Of a DNA stretch of 64,000 bases, positions 42,678 through 51,238 are shown piece by piece. The position numbers and the translations under genes are program-made. The stretch covers positions 1,216,001-1,280,000 of the forward strand of contig OY759599.1 in the NCBI GenBank assembly GCA_963662465.1. The letters run 5' to 3'. This DNA is from Desulfatiglandales bacterium (GTDB lineage: Bacteria > Desulfobacterota > DSM-4660 > Desulfatiglandales > Desulfatiglandaceae). The notes beneath the pieces were generated by a model. It searched no databases, was not told where the DNA came from, and was given only the letters and a program-made list of their open reading frames with translations. Each line of letters begins with the position of its first letter. Position 1 is the stretch's first letter.

Positions 42678-44810
42678 ATGCCCATGGATATCTCTTTCCT
42701 CCTTTTTCTATCGGAAGTTTCATGGTCCCGGGACCTGGTGTCGTCCCTGCTTTGCGATCCCCGGACCACTTTATGGGGATCCCTTTCCCTGTCACGGTTC
42801 AAGACCCAATTTAACAACATCGGCAATAATTTTAAACACACGCCCTGTCTCATGACCTTGCTGGAACGGCATCTTCTGGCCCGCTGCCTTCTTCGGGGCG
42901 CGGATGTTCCGGAATGGTTCTTCCGGTTCGTGGAAGAGACCATCGACCTTGAAGAACATCTGCCCGGCATGGATTGGAATGCCTGTTGCGCCGGGCGATG
43001 GGTGGCCGCGCCCATGCTCCTGGTGGGCGAACGGGCCCATCTGCGATGGCTTTTGGTGGGGCGGGTGAAGCAACCTCGTCCTCGTCCGTTTCCCCCCTGG
43101 GTCGAAGAACTGATGGATTCGAAGGCCCGGCATGCCGTTATGGATGCCATGACAGCCGTAAGCCCGGCTGGATGGGATACTGTGCCGCCGCCGGGCGCGT
43201 TCACCTGCTTTCCCCTGGTGGCGGCCCATGAAAACTGCCGCATTGCCGGCGTTTCCCTGGGGCTTTCCACGGCCCTGGCCTGCATTTTTCTGGATAACGG
43301 GGGTGAGGGAATCATGGATGTCGCCGCTGCCGGAACGGTGCAAAAGGACGGCGCCGTGGGACCGGTGGGTCGGCTCCCGGAAAAGGTTGCCCATGCGGCG
43401 AAAAGCGGGTTTCGGCTCATGGTGGTCCCCGCCGGGAATCGCCTTCCTGCCGATTGCCCGGAAATGGATGTCCTGCCCGCGGCTACCCTGGCAGAAGCAT
43501 GGTTGTTGGCGTCCCTCCATGGGCCGGGCCGGGGAAACCGGTTGCGCCTGTTTGAAGCCATGTTGAATGATCCCCGAACCTTCGTGGATAACTGCGCCGC
43601 CGTTCCGACCCAATGGCTTTGGTGGGCGAAAAAGAACGGACGAACCGGGTCCGTCATGGCGCAGGTTTGCTCAGCGGAATCACTATTCGGCCGATTTGTG
43701 CATCACATGGGGGATTGCCTCCGGAACGGTCGCCTGTCCCATGGGGAAACCCTGGCGCAACTGCCGGACTCCCCTCCGCGGGACCATGGGGATTGTTCTC
43801 CCGCATCCCGGTTCAAATGGATTCTCGTAAACCTGGCCCTTGCCAATCATCGGGGACTGGTGTTGGAGAGTGAGCAGTGGGCCGGGAGGGCAGGTAAGAT
43901 GGTAAAGGGGGCTTCCGTAACCGACCTTACGGCCTTTGCCGCCTTTTACAATTACGGGTTTGTGGGGTTGCGTCATAATCAATACCGGTTTACGCCGGAA
44001 TTGCCCGGTCCCCTGGCAGACCTCCTGTCGTCTCTTGAGACCATGCACAGGGCCCAGTGCCGCATTCTTCCCGGTTCTCAAAACGGCGCCCTTGGGGCCC
44101 TTTACGGCACCATTGCTCAGAACTTCGGATTTTGCGGTCCTTCCTTTCTAACGCAAACCCGGAAGTATGTCCTCCTTTCCACGGAAGCCTTCGGGGATGA
44201 TCCCTCCGTCCATGAAGATCGCCGGCGACAACAGCATTGCCTGGCCTATGCCCTGATGGATGCGGGCCGGTTCCGGGAGGCGGAAGAGACCCTCCTTCCC
44301 TATCTGGATGTGATGTCCCGGGACGAACTGTGCGACCGCCTGCCCGGGTTCCAGAAGTGGGAACATGCGCTTCTGGCGCGGTTTCTGGTCGATTTCAGAC
44401 CGGTGGAAATGTGCCGTCGGTATGCCCAATGGGTTGAAAGGGAGGGTGCTTCCATGGTCGGAAAAACACATCCCTGGCAATTGTGGCGTCATAATATGGG
44501 CCGTGTCATGCTGTTTCTGGGGCGAAGGGAGGAGGCCGTCTTTTTTTTCAAAGAGAGCCTCGAATTGTGTCTTTCCGGCCGTTTCGGCGCCACGGTGCGG
44601 GTGATGGCGTTTCTGCCCCTGTCGGGTCTTCGCAAATCGGACGCGCTGAAGGGGTTGAACCTGGACGCCCTGGAAAAGACCCTTCGGAGTGCGGCTGGTT
44701 CCTTGAACCCGGTTCATTTTCAGGATCTGCTGAAGGAAAAGGACTTTCTGAAAGCATTGGATCGGGTGTGGGAAAAGCCGGCCGATTTCTTCCCTTTTAC
44801 CTATCGTTAG
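42678..44810 (+). CDS. Lon-type (S16) protease domain protein with a helical/TPR-like C-terminus, no AAA+ domain
   Basis: IAGVSLGLSTALA...AGTVQKDGAVGPVGRLPEKVAHAAKSG..VVPAGN; Ser and Lys are 43 residues apart, as in the Lon dyad. TPR-like helices (LAYALMDAGRFREAEETL; NMGRVMLFLGRREEAVFFFKESLEL). Confidence 0.8.
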   Translation: MPMDISFLLFLSEVSWSRDLVSSLLCDPRTTLWGSLSLSRFKTQFNNIGNNFKHTPCLMTLLERHLLARCLLRGADVPEWFFRFVEETIDLEEHLPGMDWNACCAGRWVAAPMLLVGERAHLRWLLVGRVKQPRPRPFPPWVEELMDSKARHAVMDAMTAVSPAGWDTVPPPGAFTCFPLVAAHENCRIAGVSLGLSTALACIFLDNGGEGIMDVAAAGTVQKDGAVGPVGRLPEKVAHAAKSGFRLMVVPAGNRLPADCPEMDVLPAATLAEAWLLASLHGPGRGNRLRLFEAMLNDPRTFVDNCAAVPTQWLWWAKKNGRTGSVMAQVCSAESLFGRFVHHMGDCLRNGRLSHGETLAQLPDSPPRDHGDCSPASRFKWILVNLALANHRGLVLESEQWAGRAGKMVKGASVTDLTAFAAFYNYGFVGLRHNQYRFTPELPGPLADLLSSLETMHRAQCRILPGSQNGALGALYGTIAQNFGFCGPSFLTQTRKYVLLSTEAFGDDPSVHEDRRRQQHCLAYALMDAGRFREAEETLLPYLDVMSRDELCDRLPGFQKWEHALLARFLVDFRPVEMCRRYAQWVEREGASMVGKTHPWQLWRHNMGRVMLFLGRREEAVFFFKESLELCLSGRFGATVRVMAFLPLSGLRKSDALKGLNLDALEKTLRSAAGSLNPVHFQDLLKEKDFLKALDRVWEKPADFFPFTYR

Positions 44811-44867
44811 GAGAGGTTTTTTCTTTTCTCCGTCTAAGTGGTCGAAGTTAGGACCAATCCTATTTTT

Positions 44868-44896
44868 TTTTGAAAAAACGTTCCCCATAGCCGTAA
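44868..44896 (+). promoter_or_regulatory. ECF-type promoter motif, site B
   Basis: T-tract, TTTTGAA-N15-GCCGTAA, with CATA before the -10 element. Confidence 0.75.
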
Positions 44897-45298
44897 TACG
44901 ATATTAAGGCGAAGGCTGTTTGGCGGGCCAAGATCGTCTGAAACCCATGGTTCAGGCCATAGATAGCCGGAGAGGGGGGGGCGTGCATGCAAATTGAGTG
45001 CGGCAATGAGTGAAGCGGTATTTGATGGACACTTATGCGGCCGGCGGGCTTCAACGCTAATCAAAACTGAACCAAGTTTGCTAATGGAAATTGAACCATT
45101 GGCTGTCACCGCCGGTGAGTACGGCCCTCAGGTATAGCGGACGATGAGGGATCCATAAGTGGCGGCAAAGGAGTCGTTGATGTAGATTTACTTTTCAATA
45201 AATTTTTATAAAATCTATTTTCTTTGGATTTGGTTTTCTTCTTCCAAGACAGAGGCTTGGTTAAGTGGAAATGCGATTTACTTTGTAGAATGGATGGT

Positions 45299-45334
45299 GA
45301 AGGCCCGAAGTAGCCGCTTCGGGCCTTCTTTTTT
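45299..45334 (+). terminator. Intrinsic terminator inside the IS left end
   Basis: Perfect 12-bp stem GAAGGCCCGAAG / CTTCGGGCCTTC followed by T6. Confidence 0.8.
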
Positions 45335-45410
45335 GACCACCGGATAGAGCCGGAAGCCACACACACGCCAATTTTATATAAGTGTGTTTCCGGCCAATTG
45401 CAAGGCCGGA

Positions 45411-45827
45411 ATGATGGGAGATGTCCTTTTAAGAGTGGTTCAATGCCGATGTTGTGGTTGCTTTTTTCACGTCTGTCGGTCGTGTTGGCGTGGCCAGGCC
45501 TATTGTGGGGAACGATGTCGCAGGATACGCCAAAGACAGCTGCACCGGAAAGCTCAGGGGAAATACCGCAATTCGAAAAAAGGGAAAGAGCGCCGTCGTT
45601 TGTACGAAAAAACAAAAAAATCCAAAAAAAATGGACTGAACCCTGGTGATGATAGTTCAACACCTCAAAAAGACTGTGATATTGAACCCAAAAAGCGGTC
45701 GGGGAACCGACCCAGCTGTCTTTTTTGCGGGTCGATCGGGGTTGTTGTGGACCATTTTCCTCGCCGTGCTTATGCAGGGAGGGTTTTTTCAGATGTAACA
45801 GGCTTTGAGAAAACCCCATATCCATGA
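45411..45827 (+). CDS. Cys-rich basic hypothetical protein (IS passenger)
   Basis: CRCC..FHVCRSCWRGQAYCGERC and CLFCG; start uncertain. Confidence 0.65.
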   Translation: MMGDVLLRVVQCRCCGCFFHVCRSCWRGQAYCGERCRRIRQRQLHRKAQGKYRNSKKGKERRRLYEKTKKSKKNGLNPGDDSSTPQKDCDIEPKKRSGNRPSCLFCGSIGVVVDHFPRRAYAGRVFSDVTGFEKTPYP

Positions 45828-45839
45828 CAGGAGAAAAAA

Positions 45840-46259
45840 ATGATCAAAAAAAGAGTCCTTTTTCCCGAAAGAGTGCGTGTCATCAATGGAAGCTTCGGCT
45901 TTCTGGAGCATCGTTTTTTGAGAAACGGCTTTTGGGAGAGCCTGAATCATCATGAGCTGCTGCTCTACATTTTTCTGGTGTTGGTATCTGACAAAAACGG
46001 TCTCTCTTATTATGGTTACGACAGAATCTGCCGGATTTTAAAGGTGCATTTGGATCAATATATCGATGCCCGCGATGGCTTGTTGGACAAGGATCTGATT
46101 GGGTTTGATGGCCGTCTGTTTCAGGTTCTTTCGCTTCCCAGACGTCCTGTGATTGTGAAACAGGTAAAGGAGATCCGGCAAGGAAATTGGGTCAGTCTTG
46201 GAGAAACCATAGAGGAAATCTTTCGGGAGACTGGGTATGGAATCCATCCGAACCGTTGA
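45840..46259 (+). CDS. Hypothetical wHTH-like protein (IS passenger)
   Basis: AGGAG RBS; LLYIFLVLVSDKNGLSYYGYDRICRIL...ARDGLLDKDLI. Confidence 0.7.
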   Translation: MIKKRVLFPERVRVINGSFGFLEHRFLRNGFWESLNHHELLLYIFLVLVSDKNGLSYYGYDRICRILKVHLDQYIDARDGLLDKDLIGFDGRLFQVLSLPRRPVIVKQVKEIRQGNWVSLGETIEEIFRETGYGIHPNR

Positions 46260-47121
46260 TATTCATTTGCTGGAGTTGCGTTACGCTCATTGCCGGATAA
46301 TGAATCACCAGGCTTTAAAGCGATTGAGGGATTCCATCGAAACTTACGGGCAGATCGTTCCGGCCCTGGCTATTGAAGAAAAAGACAAACTGATTCTGAT
46401 TGATGGCTACCTGCGTGTTCGAGCGCTTTGTGCTTGTGGAAAGGACCGGATATGTGTCCAATTCTCAAAAGAAAACGAACAAAATGCCATGTTTTCGCTT
46501 TTAACCAAGGCCAATGAACGGCAATGGGAAGTCATTGAGCAGTCTGTTTTACTTCAGGAATTACATCGGCGTTTTGGGTGCAGCCTCTCCCATATTGCAA
46601 CCCGAATAGGGCGCGACAAGAGTTTTGTAAAACGGCGGCTGGACCTGGTTGAAGCCCTGCCGGAAAATATTTTGAGAACCGTGATTGCAGGCTCACTTTC
46701 AACCTGGGCTGCCGGCCGTGTCATGGCGCCGTTGGCGCGCGCCAACGGTGAAGACGCACAAAAACTGTTGGCCCACCTGGAAAAAGAACCTCTATCCACA
46801 AGGGAACTGGCCCGTTTCTACGCACATTACCAGAAAAGCAACCGGTCTGTTCGAGACCACATGCTGGAAAATCCATCCCTTTTCATAAAAGTTCTCGAAC
46901 AAAGAACCCAGTCTAAACAAGCCAAAGAAGTTCATGATGGACCGGAAGGCAAATGGTTCAAGGATATTGAAATGGCATATGCGGTTCTCAAACGTCTGGT
47001 GAAAACCGTTTCGCATGTCCATTACCCAAAAAGCGATCAGTTGAAGAAACAAACGCTCAAAACCTGGGTGAAAAAGATAGAAAAACAAGCACTGGAACTC
47101 AAGAAAGCGACCCAATTATGA
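46237..47121 (+). CDS. ParB N-terminal domain protein (IS passenger)
   Basis: LRDSIETYGQIVP, LIDGYLRVRAL, HTH SLSHIATRIGRDKSFVKRRL. Confidence 0.85.
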   Translation: MESIRTVDIHLLELRYAHCRIMNHQALKRLRDSIETYGQIVPALAIEEKDKLILIDGYLRVRALCACGKDRICVQFSKENEQNAMFSLLTKANERQWEVIEQSVLLQELHRRFGCSLSHIATRIGRDKSFVKRRLDLVEALPENILRTVIAGSLSTWAAGRVMAPLARANGEDAQKLLAHLEKEPLSTRELARFYAHYQKSNRSVRDHMLENPSLFIKVLEQRTQSKQAKEVHDGPEGKWFKDIEMAYAVLKRLVKTVSHVHYPKSDQLKKQTLKTWVKKIEKQALELKKATQL

Positions 47122-48500
47122 TCCGACAATCCAAAAAAGATGCCATTGTGGAATTGAAAAAAACCGGCATGAGTTTGCGCGACATCGCCAAAACCCTGAA
47201 GGCCGGTCGCAATACCGTCACGAAGGTTTTAGATGATCATGACGAAGAGGCGGTACCCCAAAGGAACTCCCGGTATGAAGAACATGTCCCGTTGATCCGC
47301 GAGCTTTTCAAGGAATGTAAAGGAAATGCCGTGCGAGTAGCCGAGGAACTGGAAAGCCGCCAACAGATCAAAATCCCTTATCAGAGTCTGACCTGGATTA
47401 TGAGAAAGTACGAGATCCGGGAACGTAAAAAAAGACGGGCGGGCCAATACCATTTTAAACCCGGTCAGGAGATGCAGCATGATACGTCACCCCATCTGGT
47501 TGTCATTAATGGGAAAAAAATGTCGACCCAGTGCGCGTCCCTGACCCTGGCCTTTTGCCGAAGGATTTTTATTCAGTATTACCCCTGTTTTACCCGGTTT
47601 GAGTGCAAGGTTTTCCTAAAAAAAGCATTCGAGTTTATGGACGGGGTGTGTTCCCGGTGCATGGTTGACAACACCAATGTTATTGTGGCCGGCGGCACCG
47701 GGCCTGATGCATTGATTGCGCCTGAAATGAAATACTTCGGCGATATGTATGGAACCCGGTTTGAGGCCCATGCTGTAGGAGACGCCAATCGAAGTGCCCG
47801 TGTGGAAAGGCCTTTTCATTTTGTGGAAAACAATTTTCTTCCCGGTAGAACATTTGTTAGCTGGCAGGATTTGAACCGGCAGGCAATCGACTGGTGCCGG
47901 AATACAAGCGATAAAAAGTTTAAACGGGCTTTAGGGATGACGCCGGATGAGGCCTATGTCATTGAAAAGCCATATCTCATTGATTTACCGGCATACCAGC
48001 CGCCAGTCTATGTGGCAGAACACAGGGTAGCCGATGTTCAGGGATATGTGCACTTGGACACCAACCGCTATTCAGTCCCTGAAGCGCTGATTGGGAACTC
48101 CCTGGAAGTACAGAAACATTGGCTCAAGGTCATCGTTTACGACAAAAACACAAAAGTGGCGGAACATGACCGCATACTGGATAAACGCAACACCCGAACA
48201 ACCCTGCCCGGTCACCATGTTCCCATTCGAAGAAAAAAAGATCCCCGAATCCCTTCAAAAGAAGAACAGCTGTTGACGGGAGAGGATGCCATCCTGGATG
48301 AGTATGTGGCTGAACTGAAGAAAAGAAGTCACGGTCGCGGTGTGGTCAAGTTACGTCGGTTGCTTCATCTGAAACGCACTTATCCCGGGGAACCTTTTTT
48401 GAAAGCCATAACACAGGCGCTTAAATATGGACTTTTTGATTTGTCGCGTCTGGAAAACATTATTCTCGATTATATCGCGGGAGACTTTTTTGATCTATGA
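47118..48500 (+). CDS. istA: IS21 transposase
   Basis: HTH; PGQEMQHD, CMVDN, ARVERPFHFVENNF; C-terminal LDTNRYSVP. Confidence 0.92.
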   Translation: MIRQSKKDAIVELKKTGMSLRDIAKTLKAGRNTVTKVLDDHDEEAVPQRNSRYEEHVPLIRELFKECKGNAVRVAEELESRQQIKIPYQSLTWIMRKYEIRERKKRRAGQYHFKPGQEMQHDTSPHLVVINGKKMSTQCASLTLAFCRRIFIQYYPCFTRFECKVFLKKAFEFMDGVCSRCMVDNTNVIVAGGTGPDALIAPEMKYFGDMYGTRFEAHAVGDANRSARVERPFHFVENNFLPGRTFVSWQDLNRQAIDWCRNTSDKKFKRALGMTPDEAYVIEKPYLIDLPAYQPPVYVAEHRVADVQGYVHLDTNRYSVPEALIGNSLEVQKHWLKVIVYDKNTKVAEHDRILDKRNTRTTLPGHHVPIRRKKDPRIPSKEEQLLTGEDAILDEYVAELKKRSHGRGVVKLRRLLHLKRTYPGEPFLKAITQALKYGLFDLSRLENIILDYIAGDFFDL

Positions 48501-49216
48501 AAAAGAAAATTGAACAGTTACTCATTGATTTGAAGTTTAAAGGCATGCTGAAGGCTCTCGAAGAACAGTTGGCTTCGGCTGAAAAGAACGGTTTTTCCAT
48601 TCACGAGGTCATCTACAATCTCCTGGCTGAGGAATTACGTTTCCGGCAGGAGCGCAGCATGATCTATCGGGTCCAGATTGCAAAGCTTCCATGGGAATGG
48701 ACCCTCAACTCCTTTCCGTTTGATCTTCAGCCGGGAATACAGAAGAGCCGGATCATGACGTTGTCCGGCCTTGACTTTATCAGCCGAAGAGAAAACATCG
48801 TGTTCCATGGAAAAACCGGCGTCGGCAAAACGGGATTGGCCGTGGGGATCCTTCGTCAAGCCATTATTGCCGGGTACCGGGGGCGTTTTTATAATGTTCA
48901 GGATTTGCTGGATCAGCTCTATGCGTCTTTGGCAGATCGGTCCACCCCGAAACTCCTCAATGCCCTTTGCAGATATGACCTGCTTCTGCTCGATGAACTG
49001 GGATACCTGACCCTCAAAAAAGAGCAGATGAACGCCTTTTTTAAACTCATGAAAGATCGCTATGAAGCCGGTCGGTCCACAATTATTACGACCAATCTTC
49101 AACCTGAACAATGGTATTCGCTGCTTGAACCAAAGGACATGGTCGATGCCTTGCTGGATCGTCTCAACCATCGCTGCATCAACATTCATATTGATGGTCC
49201 TTCCCTCAGAAAATGA
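48497..49216 (+). CDS. istB: IS21 helper ATPase
   Basis: HGKTGVGKT, LLLLDELGY, STIITTN, DALLDRL. Confidence 0.93.
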   Translation: MKKKIEQLLIDLKFKGMLKALEEQLASAEKNGFSIHEVIYNLLAEELRFRQERSMIYRVQIAKLPWEWTLNSFPFDLQPGIQKSRIMTLSGLDFISRRENIVFHGKTGVGKTGLAVGILRQAIIAGYRGRFYNVQDLLDQLYASLADRSTPKLLNALCRYDLLLLDELGYLTLKKEQMNAFFKLMKDRYEAGRSTIITTNLQPEQWYSLLEPKDMVDALLDRLNHRCINIHIDGPSLRK

Positions 49217-49314
49217 GATGTTCGCCAAAGGGCCGGTTTTGAGGTCTGAATATCACCGGTCTGTTTGAATCTCGTTACACGAATATCAGAAATTACCTTG
49301 TCTTGGAGCTTGAA

Positions 49315-49512
49315 ATGAGAGGTGGAAAACGGGTAGGCGCCGGCCGAAGAAAGAAACCGGAACATTTGAGACGTGAACTGCTCACCATTCGTCTCCCCAA
49401 ATGGATGATTCTACAGCTGAAAAAAAACGGGGAAATTGGATATTTGATTGAGGATCAATTGGCGAAGGGAGGCCTCCTGAATTTACCGGACGACTATGAC
49501 ATAGACAAATAG
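49315..49512 (+). CDS. Small basic RHH-like protein (IS passenger)
   Basis: MRGGKRVGAGRRKK...LTIRLPKW; GGAG RBS. Confidence 0.6.
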   Translation: MRGGKRVGAGRRKKPEHLRRELLTIRLPKWMILQLKKNGEIGYLIEDQLAKGGLLNLPDDYDIDK

Positions 49513-49838
49513 TTCCTCAATAAGCATTGCCCTTAACCGAAAAATCTAATCCCCTCTTCTCTGCCATCACCATATTGATGGTATCCTCATCACTGATTCT
49601 TCAACCAGAACGCTACGTGTCTCACCAGCATTTTTAAAATACCATCTGATATACTCTTTCATGCAACCTCTAACAAATTTACAAGAAAACCCTTCTAAAA
49701 GGAAAAGACCAGTGCGCAATATCTGGTTCCGTTTGGAGTAGCAAAACTGGTTCCATTTTGGTTAGCGCCCAAGCCGGCGGGAGGACTGCCGGAAAAAACA
49801 GTTGTATTTCATGTCGTGCATATTTAGGAGAAAATAGA

Positions 49839-50654
49839 ATGAAAAGGGTGTTGATGGGTTTGTTTATCATGTTGGCGATGGCGCCGTGTCTGTGCTTTGG
49901 CGGTGTGGATATCGATATTTCCGAAAGTTCGTTTCAGGCGACCGGTCCCCGGACCCTGATGGGAACAAACGTATATGTTTCCGAGCTTGATGATGGGCTG
50001 TATTCATGTACGTTTCAGTGGGATGCGGAAGCATTGTTGTGGCGGTTGACGGCCTATACGAGAACCGGGCGGAAAGGCTCCAATGATGCCCTGTACTACG
50101 CCAGACAACTGGCGGGTAATTGGACCTTCGCGTACACCATTATCAGCGTCTTTACGGATCGGGTTTGCCTGGATACCATCCACACGTCTGATCCCAACAG
50201 CGAAGGGGGTTATTTTGTATCGGGAAGGAATCAATATGGCGGTGTGGTGGCCGGTTGCCACTGGCCGGAGCAGGGCTATTTCATGGTGCTTGACCCGGGT
50301 TCCATTATCGACCGGGTCTATGTGTTCACCATTGAAGGCAATCGCGTGAAAACGGGTTTTTATCAGCACTATTCCCATTCATCGAAAAAATGGTCGAACA
50401 CCTATGCCTTGAGTGGAACAAAAGTGCCGTTGAATCCAATTGTCACCACTGGTGGCGTTCAGAAAAACGCGACGGAGTTTGACCAGCCCCATGCCAATTT
50501 TGCCATCGGACTGGCGGCTCAACGGGCGGCACTGGAGGAAGCGGAAGGTTCGTCGATGCAAGGGTCTGAAAATGAAGGCGAAAGCCCGTTACTTCCCTTT
50601 AATGGGCACATGGCGAGCGCCTATGACCTTTTGAAGGCTTTCCTTTCCCATTAG
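49839..50654 (+). CDS. Exported hypothetical protein
   Basis: AGGAG RBS; signal peptide MKRVLMGLFIMLAMAPCLCFG; aromatic, beta-rich body. Confidence 0.75.
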   Translation: MKRVLMGLFIMLAMAPCLCFGGVDIDISESSFQATGPRTLMGTNVYVSELDDGLYSCTFQWDAEALLWRLTAYTRTGRKGSNDALYYARQLAGNWTFAYTIISVFTDRVCLDTIHTSDPNSEGGYFVSGRNQYGGVVAGCHWPEQGYFMVLDPGSIIDRVYVFTIEGNRVKTGFYQHYSHSSKKWSNTYALSGTKVPLNPIVTTGGVQKNATEFDQPHANFAIGLAAQRAALEEAEGSSMQGSENEGESPLLPFNGHMASAYDLLKAFLSH

Positions 50655-50929
50655 CCTGCGGGAAGTTGAAGGAAAAAGCTTGTTTCCCGAGGGTGGTGGG
50701 AGCGTTCGTCCTCTGAGCTGCTGCCAGTTTTGCGCTTTTTCAATTTTGACGGCATCCCGGAATTTATTTTTTGCAATTTCCAAGTCGTTGGTATATTAAA
50801 AATACAGGTTAGCCGCACAGCCGAAACCCATGTGCGACTAACCCCCATGCCCTGGTGGGTACAACAAAAAATGAAAGAACGTTTTACCTTTTCGCTCTTG
50901 TGAAGGACGTGGAGCGATTCTTGCTGAAA

Positions 50930-51238
50930 TGAGTTTTGTTTTGTGAATATTGGTTTTTTTAGGTTATATCATGTGAATCCGTCGGATGTGGATGCCCTTG
51001 GAAGGGTTTTGAGATGGGTAATAAAGAACAAGCAATAAAAGCAGGTGGTTATCTTGATTGTTTTGAGGTTTTTCCGAAGGGACATTCGACGGAACGGAAT
51101 TTTGTAGATAAAACAGAAGGTTATCATGTGTCGTGTGTTGTTTTGAGACCTGGAAAAATGAACCGGCAGTCAAAAACGGAGACATCCGACGGAAACGCCT
51201 TGCAAGTGTTTTAAAATTCAGGGAATTCGGACCATAGA
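50930..51238 (+). promoter_or_regulatory. CRISPR leader
   Basis: AT-rich non-coding stretch abutting the first intact repeat; the degenerate repeat is at the opposite end. Left boundary approximate. Confidence 0.65.

Larger units (their letters stand above)
45049..49773 (+). mobile_element. IS21-family element with passenger genes, 4725 bp
   Basis: Ends CTTCAACGCTAATCAAAACTGAACCA / TGGTTCCATTTTGGTTAGCGCCCAAG with internal repeats; 8-bp duplication CCGGCGGG (45041-45048, 49774-49781). Confidence 0.9.

Noticed and set aside
290..43161. Isolated GCCGTAA hits (~290, 1193, 10758, 20947, 43155)
   Set aside because: All inside coding regions and lacking TTTTGAA at the required distance.
40614..43657. 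Long - strand ORFs 40614-41714, 41371-42489, 42599-43657
   Set aside because: Shadows of the GC-rich triad genes; low-complexity translations.
40443..44810. Type III-E Csx29/Csx30/CASP-sigma assignment
   Set aside because: The protease has a Lon Ser-Lys pattern, not a CHAT His-Cys dyad, and no Cas7-11 is in the window.
42678..44810. Housekeeping Lon, RadA or canonical CalpL
   Set aside because: No Walker motifs, and no SAVED-like segment that I can recognise; only the protease domain matches.
45106..45825. 239-aa minus-strand ORF in the IS21 left end
   Set aside because: Overlaps the better-supported Cys-rich + strand gene and the terminator.
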